Sequence record: DRR378314_2674
Length of the DNA stretch: 58,112 nt
Reading direction: 5' to 3' (one strand)
Shown here: positions 57,047 through 58,112 of the stretch, one piece after another
Position numbering within the stretch: position 1 is the stretch's first letter
Layout: each line of letters opens with the position of its first letter
Notes under the pieces: model-generated
Told to the model about the DNA's origin: nothing
The model's input: the letters and a program-made list of their open reading frames with translations, nothing else
Database searches by the model: none
Translations under genes and position numbers: made by a program

Positions 57047-57799
57047 CTACTTAGCATTTCTGCCTAAACGCATGAAAATGGGGAAGGTGATTTTTTGCCG
57101 AGGGGTATTCCATTTCAAGGAAATGTCCTTTATAAGCTGATCTACAGGATTTTGGCCATTATTTTTTTTCATAAAATTTTGAACACTGGACCAGGAATTA
57201 AAGTACCCTTCCAATTCCAATAGCGTCCATGATGTTTCTATTTTAAAGGTGTCCTTAATATGGATTTCATTAAAATTGAAGGGAATAGTGCTATATTTTA
57301 AATCGATGTAATCCCTTTCCTTATCCCAATATGCCCCGATAATATTATTATAAAAATGAAGTATGATCGGATCAATTTCAGAATTTATTCGCAAAAGGCC
57401 ATATCCCCAAATGGCAATTATTCCATTGGGTTTTAGTACCCTTTGTACTTCATGGTTGAAGGCCTCCAGGTCAAACCAATGTACTGCTTGTGCCACAGTG
57501 ATCAAATCAAAACTATCGCTGACGAAAGATGTTTGCTCTGCCCTTTGTACGCTATACTCTATATTATCCCTATGGACTGCATGCTGTATTTGTTGTTTGC
57601 TAATATCGCTGGCAAATACATGCGCAAAGTATTTTGAAAGTACTATAGCCACTTGTCCGTTTCCTGTTCCACAGTCCCAACAGGTATTCCTGGCTTTACA
57701 AAAGGAGTATATGTACTTAAATAGTTCCTCTGGATAGGTAGGCCGATAATCTTTATAGGCTTTTGATTGATGTGAAAAACGGTCCAAGGCTTTTTTCAT
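57047..57799 (-). CDS. Class I SAM-dependent methyltransferase
   Basis: Motifs FS.QS..Y..YRPTYP, WDCGTGNGQ and DLITVAQAVHWF. Start placed at MKKALD (57799), directly after a -7 motif. Confidence 0.9.
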   Translation of the reverse strand: MKKALDRFSHQSKAYKDYRPTYPEELFKYIYSFCKARNTCWDCGTGNGQVAIVLSKYFAHVFASDISKQQIQHAVHRDNIEYSVQRAEQTSFVSDSFDLITVAQAVHWFDLEAFNHEVQRVLKPNGIIAIWGYGLLRINSEIDPIILHFYNNIIGAYWDKERDYIDLKYSTIPFNFNEIHIKDTFKIETSWTLLELEGYFNSWSSVQNFMKKNNGQNPVDQLIKDISLKWNTPRQKITFPIFMRLGRNAK

Positions 57800-57803
57800 A
57801 TTA

Positions 57804-57811
57804 CAAAAGTA
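57804..57811 (-). promoter_or_regulatory. -7 element (TACTTTTG) 4 nt before the methyltransferase start codon
   Basis: The minus strand reads TACTTTTG-TAAT-ATG. Confidence 0.6.
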
Positions 57812-58112
57812 CGAACCAAGGAATATTATTGGGATCCATTTAATATTAATTGAATTAATTCTACGGTTTCTTACTTTTTGATTATGGGATCTTAAAATTA
57901 AAGGCGCTGGAAATGTAAGTAAATACTTACGATCATCGTTGAAATGCAAAATTTTATCGTTAAAATGATTTTGGATCTCTGTACGTTCATCGATATTATT
58001 TTGCACTTTATCCGGATTTTTTCCGCTCAACGAGAAACAGTGCTTTTTATCGAAACAGAACCTAGGAAAATACACTTGCCCAAGTTATATATATAACAAA
58101 ACGCAAGTCATG

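Noticed and set aside
285-57737. Many 60-230 aa ORFs antisense to or nested in real genes (e.g. 292-843+, 1152-1850+, 10910-11362+, 36659-37123+, 53827-54213-)
   Set aside because: They are shadows of well-supported genes and have no recognisable motifs.
57047-57799. Methyltransferase as the flexirubin aryl methylase
   Set aside because: It is separated from the cluster by two genes, has its own promoter motif, and belongs to a widespread generic family. No link can be supported from sequence.
57800-58075. 92-aa N-terminal extension of the methyltransferase ORF
   Set aside because: No recognisable homology, and it contains the -7 promoter motif immediately before the internal ATG.
1-58112. 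CRISPR arrays, tRNA/rRNA genes, transposases, integrases, prophage genes
   Set aside because: None seen. Intergenic regions are short and show no spaced direct repeats or cloverleaf signatures on manual reading.

Overview
A 58 kb chromosomal window from a Flavobacteriaceae (Bacteroidota) genome, probably a marine Arenibacter/Maribacter-like lineage. That placement is inferred from gene content, AT-richness and TAnnTTTG promoters, and was not searched. Four blocks are present. (1) 75-13459 is a minus-strand housekeeping and catabolic block: DUF1080 with a Tat-exported Gfo/Idh/MocA oxidoreductase, wbqC-like, lepB, dapB, parB, parA, two methylmalonyl-CoA mutase subunits, ftsB-like and udk. (2) 13830-21913 is an uncharacterised convergent four-gene module: two exported class-A-beta-lactamase-fold serine hydrolases, an Npt1/Npt2 (NTT)-like transporter fused to HEAT repeats, and a signal-peptide-bearing dikinase with a phospho-His swivel domain followed by an ATP-grasp domain and no PEP/pyruvate barrel. 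This is the best candidate for an undescribed system, possibly extracytoplasmic ATP-dependent phosphorylation. (3) 22135-54888 is a ~33 kb flexirubin-type aryl-polyene/dialkylresorcinol biosynthetic cluster (tyrosine ammonia-lyase, aryl-CoA ligase, type II PKS/FAS genes, darAB, exporters, flavin halogenase-like gene) with an embedded JmjC oxygenase gene. (4) 54936-57799 holds a secreted hypothetical protein, a Bcr/CflA MFS exporter and a class I SAM methyltransferase. Non-coding features are a head-to-head REP-like palindrome dimer (3461-3516), a 12-bp inverted repeat (27543-27567) and several Bacteroidota -7 promoter motifs. I saw no rRNA, tRNA, CRISPR array or transposase. All family calls come from motif recognition by eye.
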